A program made the translations under genes and the position numbers. This document shows positions 10,754-20,790 of a stretch of 64,000 bases of DNA, piece by piece (position 1 is the first letter of the stretch; every line of letters begins with the position of its first letter). Origin of the DNA: Candidatus Kaiserbacteria bacterium (GTDB lineage: Bacteria > Patescibacteriota > Minisyncoccia > Phycocordibacterales > SBAW01); NCBI GenBank assembly GCA_009691465.1, contig SICK01000002.1, positions 9,951 to 73,950 of the forward strand. The letters are read 5' to 3'. The notes under the pieces are model-generated. The model had not been told where the DNA came from. It searched no databases and was given only the letters and a program-made list of their open reading frames with translations.

Positions 10754-11995
10754 CTACACCCGTATGCGATTTTGTAGATATGCAGAGAGTTCTGCCACGG
10801 CGACTCGCTCCTGCTCGCCGCTGTCCCGGTCCCGGACAGTGACCGTGTCGAGCATCTCCGGAGTCTCGCCCAGCGTATCAAAGTCGATGGTGACACAGTA
10901 CGGCGTACCTATCTCGTCCTGCCGGCGGTAGCGCTTGCCGACGTTGCCGTTGTCGTCCCACATAATCTGCGGGATGTCTTTTTTGAGGTCGGTATAAATC
11001 TCGCGCGCCCTCTCCACCAGCTCGGGCTTGTTTTTGAGCAGGGGGAAGACGGCCGCTTTGATCGGGGCAATTGAGGGCTTGAGTTTGAGATACACGCGCT
11101 TCTCGCCGTTCTGCTCGTCCTCCGCATACGCGCTCGCAAGTACTGCAAGGAACGTGCGATCCACGCCGAATGACGGCTCAATAACATGCGGGGTTAGCTT
11201 CTCGTTCGTTTCGGGGTCCTGATACTTGAGCTCAACCGTTGAAGCCTTTTCGTGCGCAGAGAGGTCAAAGTCGGTTCGGTACGCCAGCCCATACAGCTCG
11301 CGACGCCCGAACGGAAAATCAAACTCAAAGTCGATAGTGCGTTTGCTATAGTGTGCTCGTTCGCCGTCCGGAACCTCAAGTTCGTGTACGCGCTTTTCAG
11401 GGATACCTATAGCCTTGTTAAACGCGTGTACGGCTCCTCGCCATTGCTCGAACGCTTCCTCCCACTCTTCGGGCCGGATAAAATATTCTATTTCCATCTG
11501 CTCGAGTTCCCGCACGCGGAAGATAAACTCACGCGGCGCTATTTCGTTGCGGAAGGCCTTCCCTATCTGGCCGATGCCGAACGGCAATTTTGGGTGGAAG
11601 GAGTCAACAATATTTTTAAAGTTTACAAAGATACCCCCCGCAGTTTCGGGCCGCAGGTATGCGACGGTTGCCTCTTCCCCCGCACCGACCGATGTTTCAA
11701 ACATCGTATTAAACATCGCTCCGTCGGCCATCGGGTCGGCAAAGCCCGCCACATGTCCGCTCGCCTCCCACGCTTTGGGGTTCATGATGATGGCCGCATC
11801 GATGCCGTACATATCATCGCGCCCATCCACAAACATGTTCCACCAAATATTTTTTATATTGTTTTTGAGCGCGACACCAAGTGGCCCATAGTCCCACGTG
11901 CCGGCGAGGCCGCCGTAGATTTCGGAGCCTTGATAGACAAAGCCGCGCCGTTTGCACAGCGAGACAATCTTTTCCATCAAATCAAGTTCGGCCAT
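10754..11995 (-). CDS. glyQS: Glycine--tRNA ligase (homodimeric alpha2 type)
   Basis: LCKRRGF, YLRPETA, GKAFRNEI, VIEPSFGVDR, GKRYRRQDEIGTP. Confidence 0.97.
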   Translation of the reverse strand: MAELDLMEKIVSLCKRRGFVYQGSEIYGGLAGTWDYGPLGVALKNNIKNIWWNMFVDGRDDMYGIDAAIIMNPKAWEASGHVAGFADPMADGAMFNTMFETSVGAGEEATVAYLRPETAGGIFVNFKNIVDSFHPKLPFGIGQIGKAFRNEIAPREFIFRVRELEQMEIEYFIRPEEWEEAFEQWRGAVHAFNKAIGIPEKRVHELEVPDGERAHYSKRTIDFEFDFPFGRRELYGLAYRTDFDLSAHEKASTVELKYQDPETNEKLTPHVIEPSFGVDRTFLAVLASAYAEDEQNGEKRVYLKLKPSIAPIKAAVFPLLKNKPELVERAREIYTDLKKDIPQIMWDDNGNVGKRYRRQDEIGTPYCVTIDFDTLGETPEMLDTVTVRDRDSGEQERVAVAELSAYLQNRIRV

Positions 11996-12005
11996 ATAGT
12001 TTGTT

Positions 12006-13928
12006 CTACTGTTTCGGCGCGACAATGTCCATACCCGCGACAAAGTCCGGCTCGGTAAGCCGCGTGGTGGGTGCGAGCGCTGTGGCCGACACGGCCGTCT
12101 GGGCAAAGCGGTCCGTACCCGAGAGCACCGCCGCGCCGGTCAATGCGGGCACCGTGCCCACTTGTGAGACGCTTGGGCTCAAGATGACCTGGAAGCTGCC
12201 CGTCTGCGCGGCCGAGCTGTAGCCCACCCCCGGCTTGATGTCCCCCACATTCCAGCGCACGGTGCGGCTGGCGGCCTCGTAGGTGATGTCAGACCCGGGC
12301 GCGGGCGCCACAAAGCTTACGTACGAAGGCAGTACCGCCGAGACGGTGGCGTTGCCGATAGTGTTGGACGAATTTTTAATCGTCCATACGACCGCGTAGG
12401 CCGTGGGAGACTCTGCGCGCGGCGGCAGGACCCCCGCGTTGGTAAAGGGCCCCGTGTTGTGGAGCGCCTGTGCGGTGAGCAAAGCGGCTGACGAGATAAC
12501 CAGCTGTGTATGTGCGCCCGAGGTGACCGCCTCGGGGACGCTCCCCTCGCCGGTGCGGGTGCCTTTGACCGCGAGCGTCAGGTCAATGGTCGGGTTTTGA
12601 TACACCACGCCGCCGGCCCCGGGAGCAAGGGTCGAGAACGAGAACGAGAGCGTCCCGCTGCCGCCCGGCGGCACTTGTGCAAGCGATGGATCCTGGGCGC
12701 TGGTCCACACCAGGCTCTGCGTGCTCGAGTCATAAAAGCCGCCGCTCGACTTGATAGAGGCAAGGTCGACCATGGGGCCCTCAAATTTGAGCCGCAGTTC
12801 TACATTGCTTACCGGGTCGCGCAGGTTGTTTTGCCAAAGGATATTGCCCTGCAACAATGTGCCCGCCGAGGCGGAGAGTTTTTCTCCCGACTTGCCGTCG
12901 ATAGCAATCGAGCCGGTGATAAACGGCCGGTGCACGGTAAGGCTCGCGGGCACCGAGAGGAAGGGTACGTCTATCTTGCCGGCGGTCTGGTCCTTGGTCG
13001 AGCCGGTAATAAACCGGAAGACCTTCTCATCGCCGTCCTGGCCGTCGACCCGACCCGTAACCCGCAGGACCTGGGTGACGCCCGGACTCATGGTCCCCAC
13101 CCGCCAGAGCGTCCCGCCGGAGTCGGCGTGCGGGGTGGTGCTGTCGACAGAAAAGCCGAACGGATACTGCCCCTGCACCACCACGTCTTGGACGGGTGAT
13201 TGCGAGTTGCTTTGCACGGTCACCGTCATCGAAAACGGCTGTCCGGCGATTATCTCGGCCGGTGCGTCCACCGACACCGACACCGGGGAGGAGCCGAGCG
13301 TCACCGCCACCGCACTCTCTTTGGTAAAGACGGCGTTGCTTGCCTCGACGCTGTACTCGAGCGATGCTTTTATAGTCTGGACCGAGCCCTCCGCGCCGTA
13401 AAAGACGGCCGAGCTGGTCAACTTTTGTTGTCGGCCGGAATCGAGCGTTCCGATAGAAACCCGCTCTTGGTTGAGCGCCTTCTGCGGGTTTTTAGGGTCG
13501 CGCGTGCCTTGCGGGTAGGTGATGATAAGGTCGGCCAGCTGCAGCTGCGCGGGGTTGTGGTTGGTAATGATGAACTGCAGCTGGGCCGCGGTGCCGCCGT
13601 CGATGAGCGCGGGCGCCACAATCTGCAGGTCGATGTTGTCGGAAGAAATGTAGTTGCCGCCGGTAAAAAAGAATACGGAGGCACCAATAGTCGCGAGTAC
13701 AAAAAAAACCGCCGACCCGATGAAGAACTTGGTCGCCAGCGCCATGCGCTCTTGCGGGGCCGAAAAGGCCGGCCGGACCGTGGTCGGCAGCGGCGTGTCC
13801 TCCCAGCGGGCCGGCGCATGCGCATCGGAGGGGTCGAGCGGCGCGCGTATATCGTGCGGCATATGCTCCTGCCCGCGCGAGTAGAGCTTATTTTTAAGCT
13901 CCTCCACCCCACTCTTATCCTCTTGCAT
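12006..13928 (-). CDS. Membrane-anchored multi-Ig-fold surface protein
   Basis: Single TM segment near the N-terminus followed by repeated beta-sandwich (DUF11-like) units. Confidence 0.75.
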   Translation of the reverse strand: MQEDKSGVEELKNKLYSRGQEHMPHDIRAPLDPSDAHAPARWEDTPLPTTVRPAFSAPQERMALATKFFIGSAVFFVLATIGASVFFFTGGNYISSDNIDLQIVAPALIDGGTAAQLQFIITNHNPAQLQLADLIITYPQGTRDPKNPQKALNQERVSIGTLDSGRQQKLTSSAVFYGAEGSVQTIKASLEYSVEASNAVFTKESAVAVTLGSSPVSVSVDAPAEIIAGQPFSMTVTVQSNSQSPVQDVVVQGQYPFGFSVDSTTPHADSGGTLWRVGTMSPGVTQVLRVTGRVDGQDGDEKVFRFITGSTKDQTAGKIDVPFLSVPASLTVHRPFITGSIAIDGKSGEKLSASAGTLLQGNILWQNNLRDPVSNVELRLKFEGPMVDLASIKSSGGFYDSSTQSLVWTSAQDPSLAQVPPGGSGTLSFSFSTLAPGAGGVVYQNPTIDLTLAVKGTRTGEGSVPEAVTSGAHTQLVISSAALLTAQALHNTGPFTNAGVLPPRAESPTAYAVVWTIKNSSNTIGNATVSAVLPSYVSFVAPAPGSDITYEAASRTVRWNVGDIKPGVGYSSAAQTGSFQVILSPSVSQVGTVPALTGAAVLSGTDRFAQTAVSATALAPTTRLTEPDFVAGMDIVAPKQ

Positions 13929-13943
13929 CCCTATAGTATACCT

Positions 13944-14519
13944 CTACAGCCCCGTGGCTTGGAGGGACTCGTTGATGAGCTTTATGAGCAGTTTGCGGGA
14001 TGCGGCCGCTTCGGCGGCCAGCTCGGGGGTAAAGGCGTCTGTTTCGACAAAAGGGGCGAGCGTCGGGAGAGAAGGCAAGTAGCCCAAGTGGGCCAAAATG
14101 CGCAGTACCAGCACGCACTCGACACTGTCGGCGTTGTGCTCGGTGTGAGCCAGCGACTCAAACCCTTTACGAACGGTTTGGTAGAGTTCCGGCGTGTGTT
14201 CGGCCCCGAGCACCAAACGCAACAACAGGCGCGAGACTTGGCCGAGCCTTTTGCATTGAGCGGGGGTCGCACTGCAGTAGTCGCGCGACACTTCGTCGGC
14301 GCCCGTGAGCCGCCACTCGTTTTTGCCGCGCACAAACGTGTAGCGCCCGCGCGACAGCGTCTCGAGCCCGTAGCGCAACTTCGACGACTCGCGCCGCGCG
14401 CTGGTTGCTTTGGCGCGTACGAGCCCCAACTGCTCGGTCAGCACAAACACAAGCGTGTTGGCCTCGCCCACCCCGCGCTTGCCCAACACTATCCCTTCGG
14501 TGATATATTTTTCGTGCAT
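13944..14519 (-). CDS. recO: DNA repair protein RecO
   Basis: TEGIVL...GEAN...LTEQLGLV.AKA.SAR..SSKLR N-terminal OB fold; LAHLGYLP. Confidence 0.88.
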   Translation of the reverse strand: MHEKYITEGIVLGKRGVGEANTLVFVLTEQLGLVRAKATSARRESSKLRYGLETLSRGRYTFVRGKNEWRLTGADEVSRDYCSATPAQCKRLGQVSRLLLRLVLGAEHTPELYQTVRKGFESLAHTEHNADSVECVLVLRILAHLGYLPSLPTLAPFVETDAFTPELAAEAAASRKLLIKLINESLQATGL

Positions 14520-14541
14520 TATTTATAGTGAGCCTGTCGAA

Positions 14542-17500
14542 CTAGAGTCTCTCGAACGACACCGCCTCTTCTTCTTTGGTCTCCAGTGATATAAGACCGG
14601 TCGCCCCCATCAGCGCGTCGCGGTGCGCGCGGATAAATTCTGCATCCGGAGTTTTTATCAGCAGGCCCGGTCGGTCGGTCATCGAAAGTTTTGAGGTCTT
14701 GCGCCACTCTTGTATCGCACGCACCCACTCACGCAAAGTCCCCTCTTCTTTAAGTTCCGCAGTTAGTTCGATATCGAGCACTACCTCTTCTTGGAGGATC
14801 TGATCCTCCACAACTTCTTTGACGTTTACTTCGTCGGCGATGATTGTGCGGAGGCCCGCGTCTTTGGGAGCGCTCTTGGCGATGAGCTTTTGGAGCGGCT
14901 GGCGGATTTTGATGCCCGCCTTCTCGCGCGCCTGCAACCCCAACGAGCAGATAGAGCGTACCCGCGCCATATCGAGCGTAAGTGCGGCATCGACCGGCGC
15001 TGGTGCAGGCCAGACAGAAAGGTGCACGCTGATGGGGTCGCTTGCAGAGCGCATGCGACCATACAGATCCTCTGCAAAGAACGGCATCACCGGCGCCATC
15101 ACCTGTGCGAGCACTCTAAGCGCGTAGCGCAGGGTGGCAAGTGCGGCGTCTTTGTCGGGACCGTCGGTTTTAAACCGGTCGCGCGAGCGGCGGACGTACC
15201 AGGTTGAGAGGTCGTCTATAAAGTCCGCAAGCGGTCGCACCGCGAGGTCGAGCTCGTAGGTCTCGAAGCCTTTGGTTGAAGCCTCGACCGTTTCGGCCAG
15301 CCGAGACAGTATCCAACGATCAAGCACATGAGTAGGTGCAGGTTGTTCAGAAAAATAGTCTGGCCTGCCGGCCTCATGGGTCTTGGCCGAGACAGGAGAC
15401 CCGAGGACTTTTTTCTGGGCAACCTGCACCGGAGCAAACAGGTCATAAAAACTGCGCACGTTGTCGAGACGCATAATCAGTTTTTTGCTCACCTCATCCA
15501 CCCCTTTTTCCTGAAAGCGCAGGTCCTCGGCTTTGACCAAGGGCGACGACAGCAGATAGTACCGCAGCGCATCAGCGCCGTACTTTTCTACTACATCCAT
15601 CGGGTCGGGATAATTTTTAAGGCTCTTGCTCATCTTCTTTCCGTCCGCGGCGACGATAAGCCCGTTGACTATGACGTTTTTATACGGCGCGCGCCCAAAG
15701 AGCGCGGTGCCCAACACCATAAGCGAGTAGAACCACCCGCGCGTCTGGTCGAGCCCCTCGGCAATAAAGTCCGCCGGATAGCCTTTTTTGTTAAAGCCCA
15801 AAAACCCTTTCGGGTCGAAAGCGCCTTCTCTAAACGGGTAGTGATTGCTGGCAAACGGCATCGAGCCGGACTCAAACCAACAGTCAAAGACGTCGGGTAC
15901 CCGCACCCACTCGCCGTCGAGCGAGTTCCCCATCGCTACGTCGTCGATGTAGGGCCGGTGCAAGTCGAGTTCGTAGTCGCGGTTGTGCGGGTAGGGCGTA
16001 AACGGCACCTCGCACATGCCCGCGGTGCGCAGATAGCGGTCGTCGTTGTCGACACGGGACATAGTCTGCGCAATGCTGGCGCGCTTGGCGATATGTATCA
16101 GCTGATACGCCGGTCCTTGATGCGTCACGATGAGAACATTTTTTCCCGTGTATCGCTGCTCGATATCAAAGAGGAACTCCCCTATCCGGCGGCGCAGCAC
16201 TCGGTAGGTCTCGCCGCCTTCGGGACCCTTGTCCATGCGCTCGACAAACGAAGCATAAAAATCGCGATAGGCCTGTATCGGCCCGCCGTCAAAGCGGCCG
16301 AAGTCTACCTCGACCAGCCGCTCGTCGACCATGACCGCGCTTTCGGGCACGCCGAGCTCGCGAGCTACTATCGCGGCCGTCTCGCGCGTGCGCAGCAAGG
16401 GCGAGGTGATGATAAGGTCGATGGATTTCGATTTTAATTCGGCAGCGGTTGCGGCGGCCTGCAGACGCCCCGTTTCGGTGAGCGGGTTATGCGGGTCCCC
16501 TTTGTGGTCGGTGAGGTCTTTTGTGTTGTATATCGCCTGGCCGTGCCGCATCACAAAGTAGCGGTTGCCCGAACGGCGCACCATAGCAAGCAGGTCCAAC
16601 ACCGAGCCCGCCACCTTGAGCTCTTTGGTCTTTTGGTTGCGCCACACCGGCAAGGGCGCGCCCCAGTAGCGGCTGCGCGATATCGCCCAGTCGGGTGCGG
16701 ACTCCAAACCGTTGTTGAAGCGCCCCTTCCCCACATGCTCGGGGACCCAGCGTACCCGCGCGTTCTCACGCAGGAGTTTTGATTTAATATCAGAGACTTT
16801 TACAAACCATGAGTTGGCCGCCCAATTAAGCAGCGGCGTGTCACACCGCCAACAGTGCGGGTAGCTGTGCTTTATCTTTTCTTGCTTAAACAGCAGACCT
16901 TTTTCCTGCAGCCATGCGGCAATTTTTTCGTCGGTCTCGCGCGGGTTGCCTTTGGGTTTGACGGGCAGGCCCGCAAAATCTTTGACCTCCGGAGCGAACT
17001 TGCCCTCTTGGGTGACGTGCCGGATGAGCGAGATCTTGTGCTTTTGAGCAAGCGCGAGGTCGTCGGCGCCGAACGCGGGCGCGATGTGGACGATGCCGGT
17101 ACCGTCCTCGGCCGTCACAAACTCCGCCGCCCACACCTTGCGCTCGCCCGGGTAGTAGTCGAACGGGGCCTGATACTTCTTGCCCACGAGCTCGGTGCCT
17201 TTGTACCGCTGCACCACCTCGCCCTCTACCTTGCCCTCTGCGGCAATGACAAAGCCGCCGTCCGTCTTGACCTTCGTATATACAAAAGTGGGATTGACCG
17301 CGGCAGCGTTGTTGCCCGGCAATGACCATGCGGTCGTGGTCCAGATCAAAAGCGACGTGTCGGGCTCGTCGACCAAGCGCAACTTGACCGTGACCCCGAC
17401 GTCGTCGATGTCGAGGTAGCCCTGCGCAACCTCAAAGTTGCTGAGCGTCGTGCCGCAACGCGGGCAGTAGTGCATCGACTTAAAGCCCTCGTAGATCAGC

Positions 17501-18045
17501 TTTTTGTCGTACAGCGTCTTAAACGCCCACCACACCGACTCGGTGTAGGTCGGGTCCATGGTCTTGTAGTCCTGGTCCATGTCGGCCCAGCGGCCCAAGC
17601 GCGGGATGATGCGCTTCCAGTCCGAGACATCCTTCATGATAGAGACGCGCGCCGCGGCGTTGAACTTCTCTATCCCGTACTCCTCGATGTCCTTCTTGCC
17701 CTTGAGCCCGAGCTCCTTTTCTACCAGGTTCTCCACCGGCAAGCCGTGGCAGTCCCAGCCCCAGCGGCGTTGCACCCGATAGCCCTGCATCGTGCGGTAG
17801 CGCGGGATAGCATCCTTTATTGTTGAGGCGAGGATGTGGCCGTAGTGCGGCAGGCCGTTGGCGAACGGCGGGCCGTCGTAGAAGACGTACTCGCCCTTGG
17901 GCGCGTCTTTGGTGAGCGTTTGTTCAAAAATCTTCTCCTTATTCCAAAACTCCAAAACCTCTTCCTCGCGCGCAGCCAGAGGGCCCTTGGGCTTTTCGGC
18001 GTGGTGGTGGAGCTCCTCCCCGCCCTGTTTCCTATCGTCGACCAT
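14542..18045 (-). CDS. ileS: Isoleucine--tRNA ligase (IleRS2-like) with an inserted histidine-phosphatase domain
   Basis: DGPPFANGLPHYGH, WDCHGLP, WTTT, DWAISRSRYWG, EGLDQTRGWF, KMSKS; insert contains MRHG, SPLLRTRETA and VTHQG. Confidence 0.96.
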   Translation of the reverse strand: MVDDRKQGGEELHHHAEKPKGPLAAREEEVLEFWNKEKIFEQTLTKDAPKGEYVFYDGPPFANGLPHYGHILASTIKDAIPRYRTMQGYRVQRRWGWDCHGLPVENLVEKELGLKGKKDIEEYGIEKFNAAARVSIMKDVSDWKRIIPRLGRWADMDQDYKTMDPTYTESVWWAFKTLYDKKLIYEGFKSMHYCPRCGTTLSNFEVAQGYLDIDDVGVTVKLRLVDEPDTSLLIWTTTAWSLPGNNAAAVNPTFVYTKVKTDGGFVIAAEGKVEGEVVQRYKGTELVGKKYQAPFDYYPGERKVWAAEFVTAEDGTGIVHIAPAFGADDLALAQKHKISLIRHVTQEGKFAPEVKDFAGLPVKPKGNPRETDEKIAAWLQEKGLLFKQEKIKHSYPHCWRCDTPLLNWAANSWFVKVSDIKSKLLRENARVRWVPEHVGKGRFNNGLESAPDWAISRSRYWGAPLPVWRNQKTKELKVAGSVLDLLAMVRRSGNRYFVMRHGQAIYNTKDLTDHKGDPHNPLTETGRLQAAATAAELKSKSIDLIITSPLLRTRETAAIVARELGVPESAVMVDERLVEVDFGRFDGGPIQAYRDFYASFVERMDKGPEGGETYRVLRRRIGEFLFDIEQRYTGKNVLIVTHQGPAYQLIHIAKRASIAQTMSRVDNDDRYLRTAGMCEVPFTPYPHNRDYELDLHRPYIDDVAMGNSLDGEWVRVPDVFDCWFESGSMPFASNHYPFREGAFDPKGFLGFNKKGYPADFIAEGLDQTRGWFYSLMVLGTALFGRAPYKNVIVNGLIVAADGKKMSKSLKNYPDPMDVVEKYGADALRYYLLSSPLVKAEDLRFQEKGVDEVSKKLIMRLDNVRSFYDLFAPVQVAQKKVLGSPVSAKTHEAGRPDYFSEQPAPTHVLDRWILSRLAETVEASTKGFETYELDLAVRPLADFIDDLSTWYVRRSRDRFKTDGPDKDAALATLRYALRVLAQVMAPVMPFFAEDLYGRMRSASDPISVHLSVWPAPAPVDAALTLDMARVRSICSLGLQAREKAGIKIRQPLQKLIAKSAPKDAGLRTIIADEVNVKEVVEDQILQEEVVLDIELTAELKEEGTLREWVRAIQEWRKTSKLSMTDRPGLLIKTPDAEFIRAHRDALMGATGLISLETKEEEAVSFERL

Positions 18046-18057
18046 ATAAAGAGCTTA

Positions 18058-19662
18058 CTACATCTCCTCCGGGGTCGGGATACCAAGGAGAGTGAGGCCT
18101 TCGGCGAGTGTGCGCTCGGCGGCGGCGGCGAGGAAGACGCCGTAGTGCTGATGCGGGCCGCCCAGCACCTTTTCTTGCGCATACCAGGAGTTGAAGGCCG
18201 CCGCGAGCTCGGTCAAATAAGTGGTCAGGTAGTGCGGCTCGAGTTCTACGGCGGCATACTCAACCGTCTCTGCATAGTGCACGAGCACGCGTTCCAGCAC
18301 GCTCGCGTGCTCGGGTGCGTCGGATTGACTGGGCGCAATGCCTTTGTCGCTGGCCGCGCGCAAGAGCGAGCGGGCACGCACCAGCGCGTATTGTACATAG
18401 GGCCCCGAGTCGCCCTCGAGCGACAGTGATTGTTCGGGATCGAAGAGGATATCTCTACCGCTCCCCGACTTGAGCACACTGTACTTGATCGCGCCGACTG
18501 CAATCTCTTGGGCAGTTTTTTCTTTATCAGCAAGTACGCGGTCCGCCATCTTTTCTTGCGCGTCTTTTTGCAAGTCTTCAAGTAGCGACTCGCCGGTGAT
18601 CACGTTGCCCAAGCGCGACGACATCTTGCCGGTCGTAAGTCTGAGAAATCCGTTAGCAACGTGGCGTAAGGTCTTGCCCGCCACTTTGTCGGGGAATATT
18701 TTCCCTATAGCGTCGAACACCACCCCAAAAAAATCCTTCTGCTCGCCGCCGGTGACGGTGAGCGATACATCAAAGTCCGGGTACGCCTTGCTCTTGAGGT
18801 CGAAGAGGCCGACCTCTTTTGCCTCATAGGTCGGGAGCCCACGCGAGTTAAGGAACACTCGCGTGTGCGCTCCTTTGTATACGACCGCGCCCTCGCTCTC
18901 TTCAAATACTTTTCCGATGTGGGCACGTACAATATCCGTGCCAAGAGGGCCGGATTCGCTCTCAAAAAATTCTGTATCAAATTTCGTACCCAGTCGCGCG
19001 CACAGCTCATCCAAATGTCGGCGCGACGTCGCTATCCCCTGCTCGCGCAAGTCGCTCCACTCGGCATTCGAGTGTTCGTAGAGCGCGGTGTTTATTGCAT
19101 CTATCTGCTCCTTACCGGACCCGTCTTCATATGCTGCGTTGCCTACCTTGTACGCTTCGCCGAGCGCTTTAATATCGTTTGGATCTCCCTTGGTTTGCGT
19201 GAGCCCCCACACGCCCTTGGCGACCGTGAGTCCTATGTCTGACGGGTAGTTGACCCGTTTTACATCAGCGCCGGTTTTCTGGAGCAACCTTGCAATTGAT
19301 TCGCCCAAAATATTGCCTATCAGGTTGCCAATATGGAGCGGCTTAAAAAGGTTGGGGCTCGTGTACTCGACCAGCACCGTCTTGCCTGCATACGGCTGCG
19401 CGATTACCTGCTCGCCCGGCAGCAGTGCCTCACGCGAGAGATAAAAGTTGATGAACTTCCCCGCGACCTCGATCTTCTCCACTCCCTCTACTTTGAGCTT
19501 AGCCGCAAACTCTTGGGGATCGAGCTTGTTGACCAGAGCGACATTACTCGAGTAGTCACCGTGGCTCATATCGCGCGGTCGCTCAACCGCGAATCGCGGT
19601 TGCCCTTCGGGGCCTTGGCGAAGTAGGGCCTCTCGGATAGCATCGTAAATCCTCTCCTTCAT
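18058..19662 (-). CDS. argS: Arginine--tRNA ligase
   Basis: HGDYSSN, VEYTSPNLFKPLHIGN, KMSSR, GDSGPYVQY, LGIPTPEEM; ATG at 19662. Confidence 0.96.
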   Translation of the reverse strand: MKERIYDAIREALLRQGPEGQPRFAVERPRDMSHGDYSSNVALVNKLDPQEFAAKLKVEGVEKIEVAGKFINFYLSREALLPGEQVIAQPYAGKTVLVEYTSPNLFKPLHIGNLIGNILGESIARLLQKTGADVKRVNYPSDIGLTVAKGVWGLTQTKGDPNDIKALGEAYKVGNAAYEDGSGKEQIDAINTALYEHSNAEWSDLREQGIATSRRHLDELCARLGTKFDTEFFESESGPLGTDIVRAHIGKVFEESEGAVVYKGAHTRVFLNSRGLPTYEAKEVGLFDLKSKAYPDFDVSLTVTGGEQKDFFGVVFDAIGKIFPDKVAGKTLRHVANGFLRLTTGKMSSRLGNVITGESLLEDLQKDAQEKMADRVLADKEKTAQEIAVGAIKYSVLKSGSGRDILFDPEQSLSLEGDSGPYVQYALVRARSLLRAASDKGIAPSQSDAPEHASVLERVLVHYAETVEYAAVELEPHYLTTYLTELAAAFNSWYAQEKVLGGPHQHYGVFLAAAAERTLAEGLTLLGIPTPEEM

Positions 19663-19679
19663 ATCGTGCAGACTATCAT

Positions 19680-20786
19680 CTACAGCGTCCGTTGGGAAAG
19701 CGCCGGGGTCGAAGAGGCGCTGGTGACGGTAAATCCGATCCGGCCTATCAAAGCGCCGCTTGCGGTCTCCACATCGCAGCGCCACTCGCCGGGCACGAGC
19801 GCGCTTTTGATGCTAAAGCCCCGGTAGCCGTCCTCTCGCCCGCCTTGGATGGGGAACGAGACTCGGGAGCGCTGCTCCCACTCGCCGCCGGCGTTTTTGT
19901 ACTCCCACACATGGTAGATCGGCGTTGCAAGGTCGGCGGGGGCAAACACCGCCGAAAAGCACGCCGCCGTGCCGCTGCCCGAGGTGTACTGCACACCGGT
20001 CTCACGCCAAAACTGGTACCACGGTGCGCGTTCATAGAGCGCAAGGTAGGTGCTGTCGGAGCGGCGCAATACCGAGTGGTAGATCCCAATATCTTTGAGC
20101 GAGAGCGGCACCGGCGGTATGACATTGAGAAAATAGAGGAGATTAAAGATGCAGAATATCGCGCAGACAATGAGCGAGACTTCTTTGAGTTTTTTTGTGT
20201 CGGTACCACGAAACACCGCAAAGAACAGCAGCGACAAAAACCCTGCGATGGCAACCAAGCTCAAGATGCCGCTTAAGAGGAACGCAAGTGTGCCTATCGA
20301 GTGAGTGATAAAGATCGGCACCGCCACCAGCGCGTAAGAAAGCATCAAAAAGTAGTACGCTCCGACGTTGAAGCGCAACAGCGCGTAGCGGCTCCTAAAG
20401 TACTCGTTGCCGAAGACCATCAGGACAAGGATGCCAATAAAGACCGCACTGCCCGCCAAGGTCCCCGAGTGGCCGTAGAGCACCAAAAGGTTGCTGGCGA
20501 GACCACCGAAACAAAACTGCAGCATCAGGAGCATAAAGAGCGGCTCGGCATCATCCGGCCGGCCTGTCCCGAGCTTTGTCGAGGGGCGCCTACTCCGCAA
20601 GTTGAGCAAAATAATAAACGCGCCACCGATAAACAAATACGAAAGCAACAGGATGTTGTTGAAGATGCTGTCCGGCCGCTTGGCCACCCACAGGTCAAAC
20701 AAAAAGCCCACCGCCAAAGCCCCCACCCCGATATGGTGCTCATACTTCTCCCAAAACTTGAATATTGTGTGCCACAGGGCGTGCAT
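19680..20786 (-). CDS. DUF2914-domain membrane protein
   Basis: Multi-TM N-terminal half; C-terminal IYHVW...GGREDGYRGFS...PGEWRCDVET. Confidence 0.8.
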   Translation of the reverse strand: MHALWHTIFKFWEKYEHHIGVGALAVGFLFDLWVAKRPDSIFNNILLLSYLFIGGAFIILLNLRSRRPSTKLGTGRPDDAEPLFMLLMLQFCFGGLASNLLVLYGHSGTLAGSAVFIGILVLMVFGNEYFRSRYALLRFNVGAYYFLMLSYALVAVPIFITHSIGTLAFLLSGILSLVAIAGFLSLLFFAVFRGTDTKKLKEVSLIVCAIFCIFNLLYFLNVIPPVPLSLKDIGIYHSVLRRSDSTYLALYERAPWYQFWRETGVQYTSGSGTAACFSAVFAPADLATPIYHVWEYKNAGGEWEQRSRVSFPIQGGREDGYRGFSIKSALVPGEWRCDVETASGALIGRIGFTVTSASSTPALSQRTL

Positions 20787-20790
20787 AGCG

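Noticed and set aside
13200-16437. 442-aa and 369-aa plus-strand ORFs
   Set aside because: Antisense to recO, the surface-protein gene and ileS.
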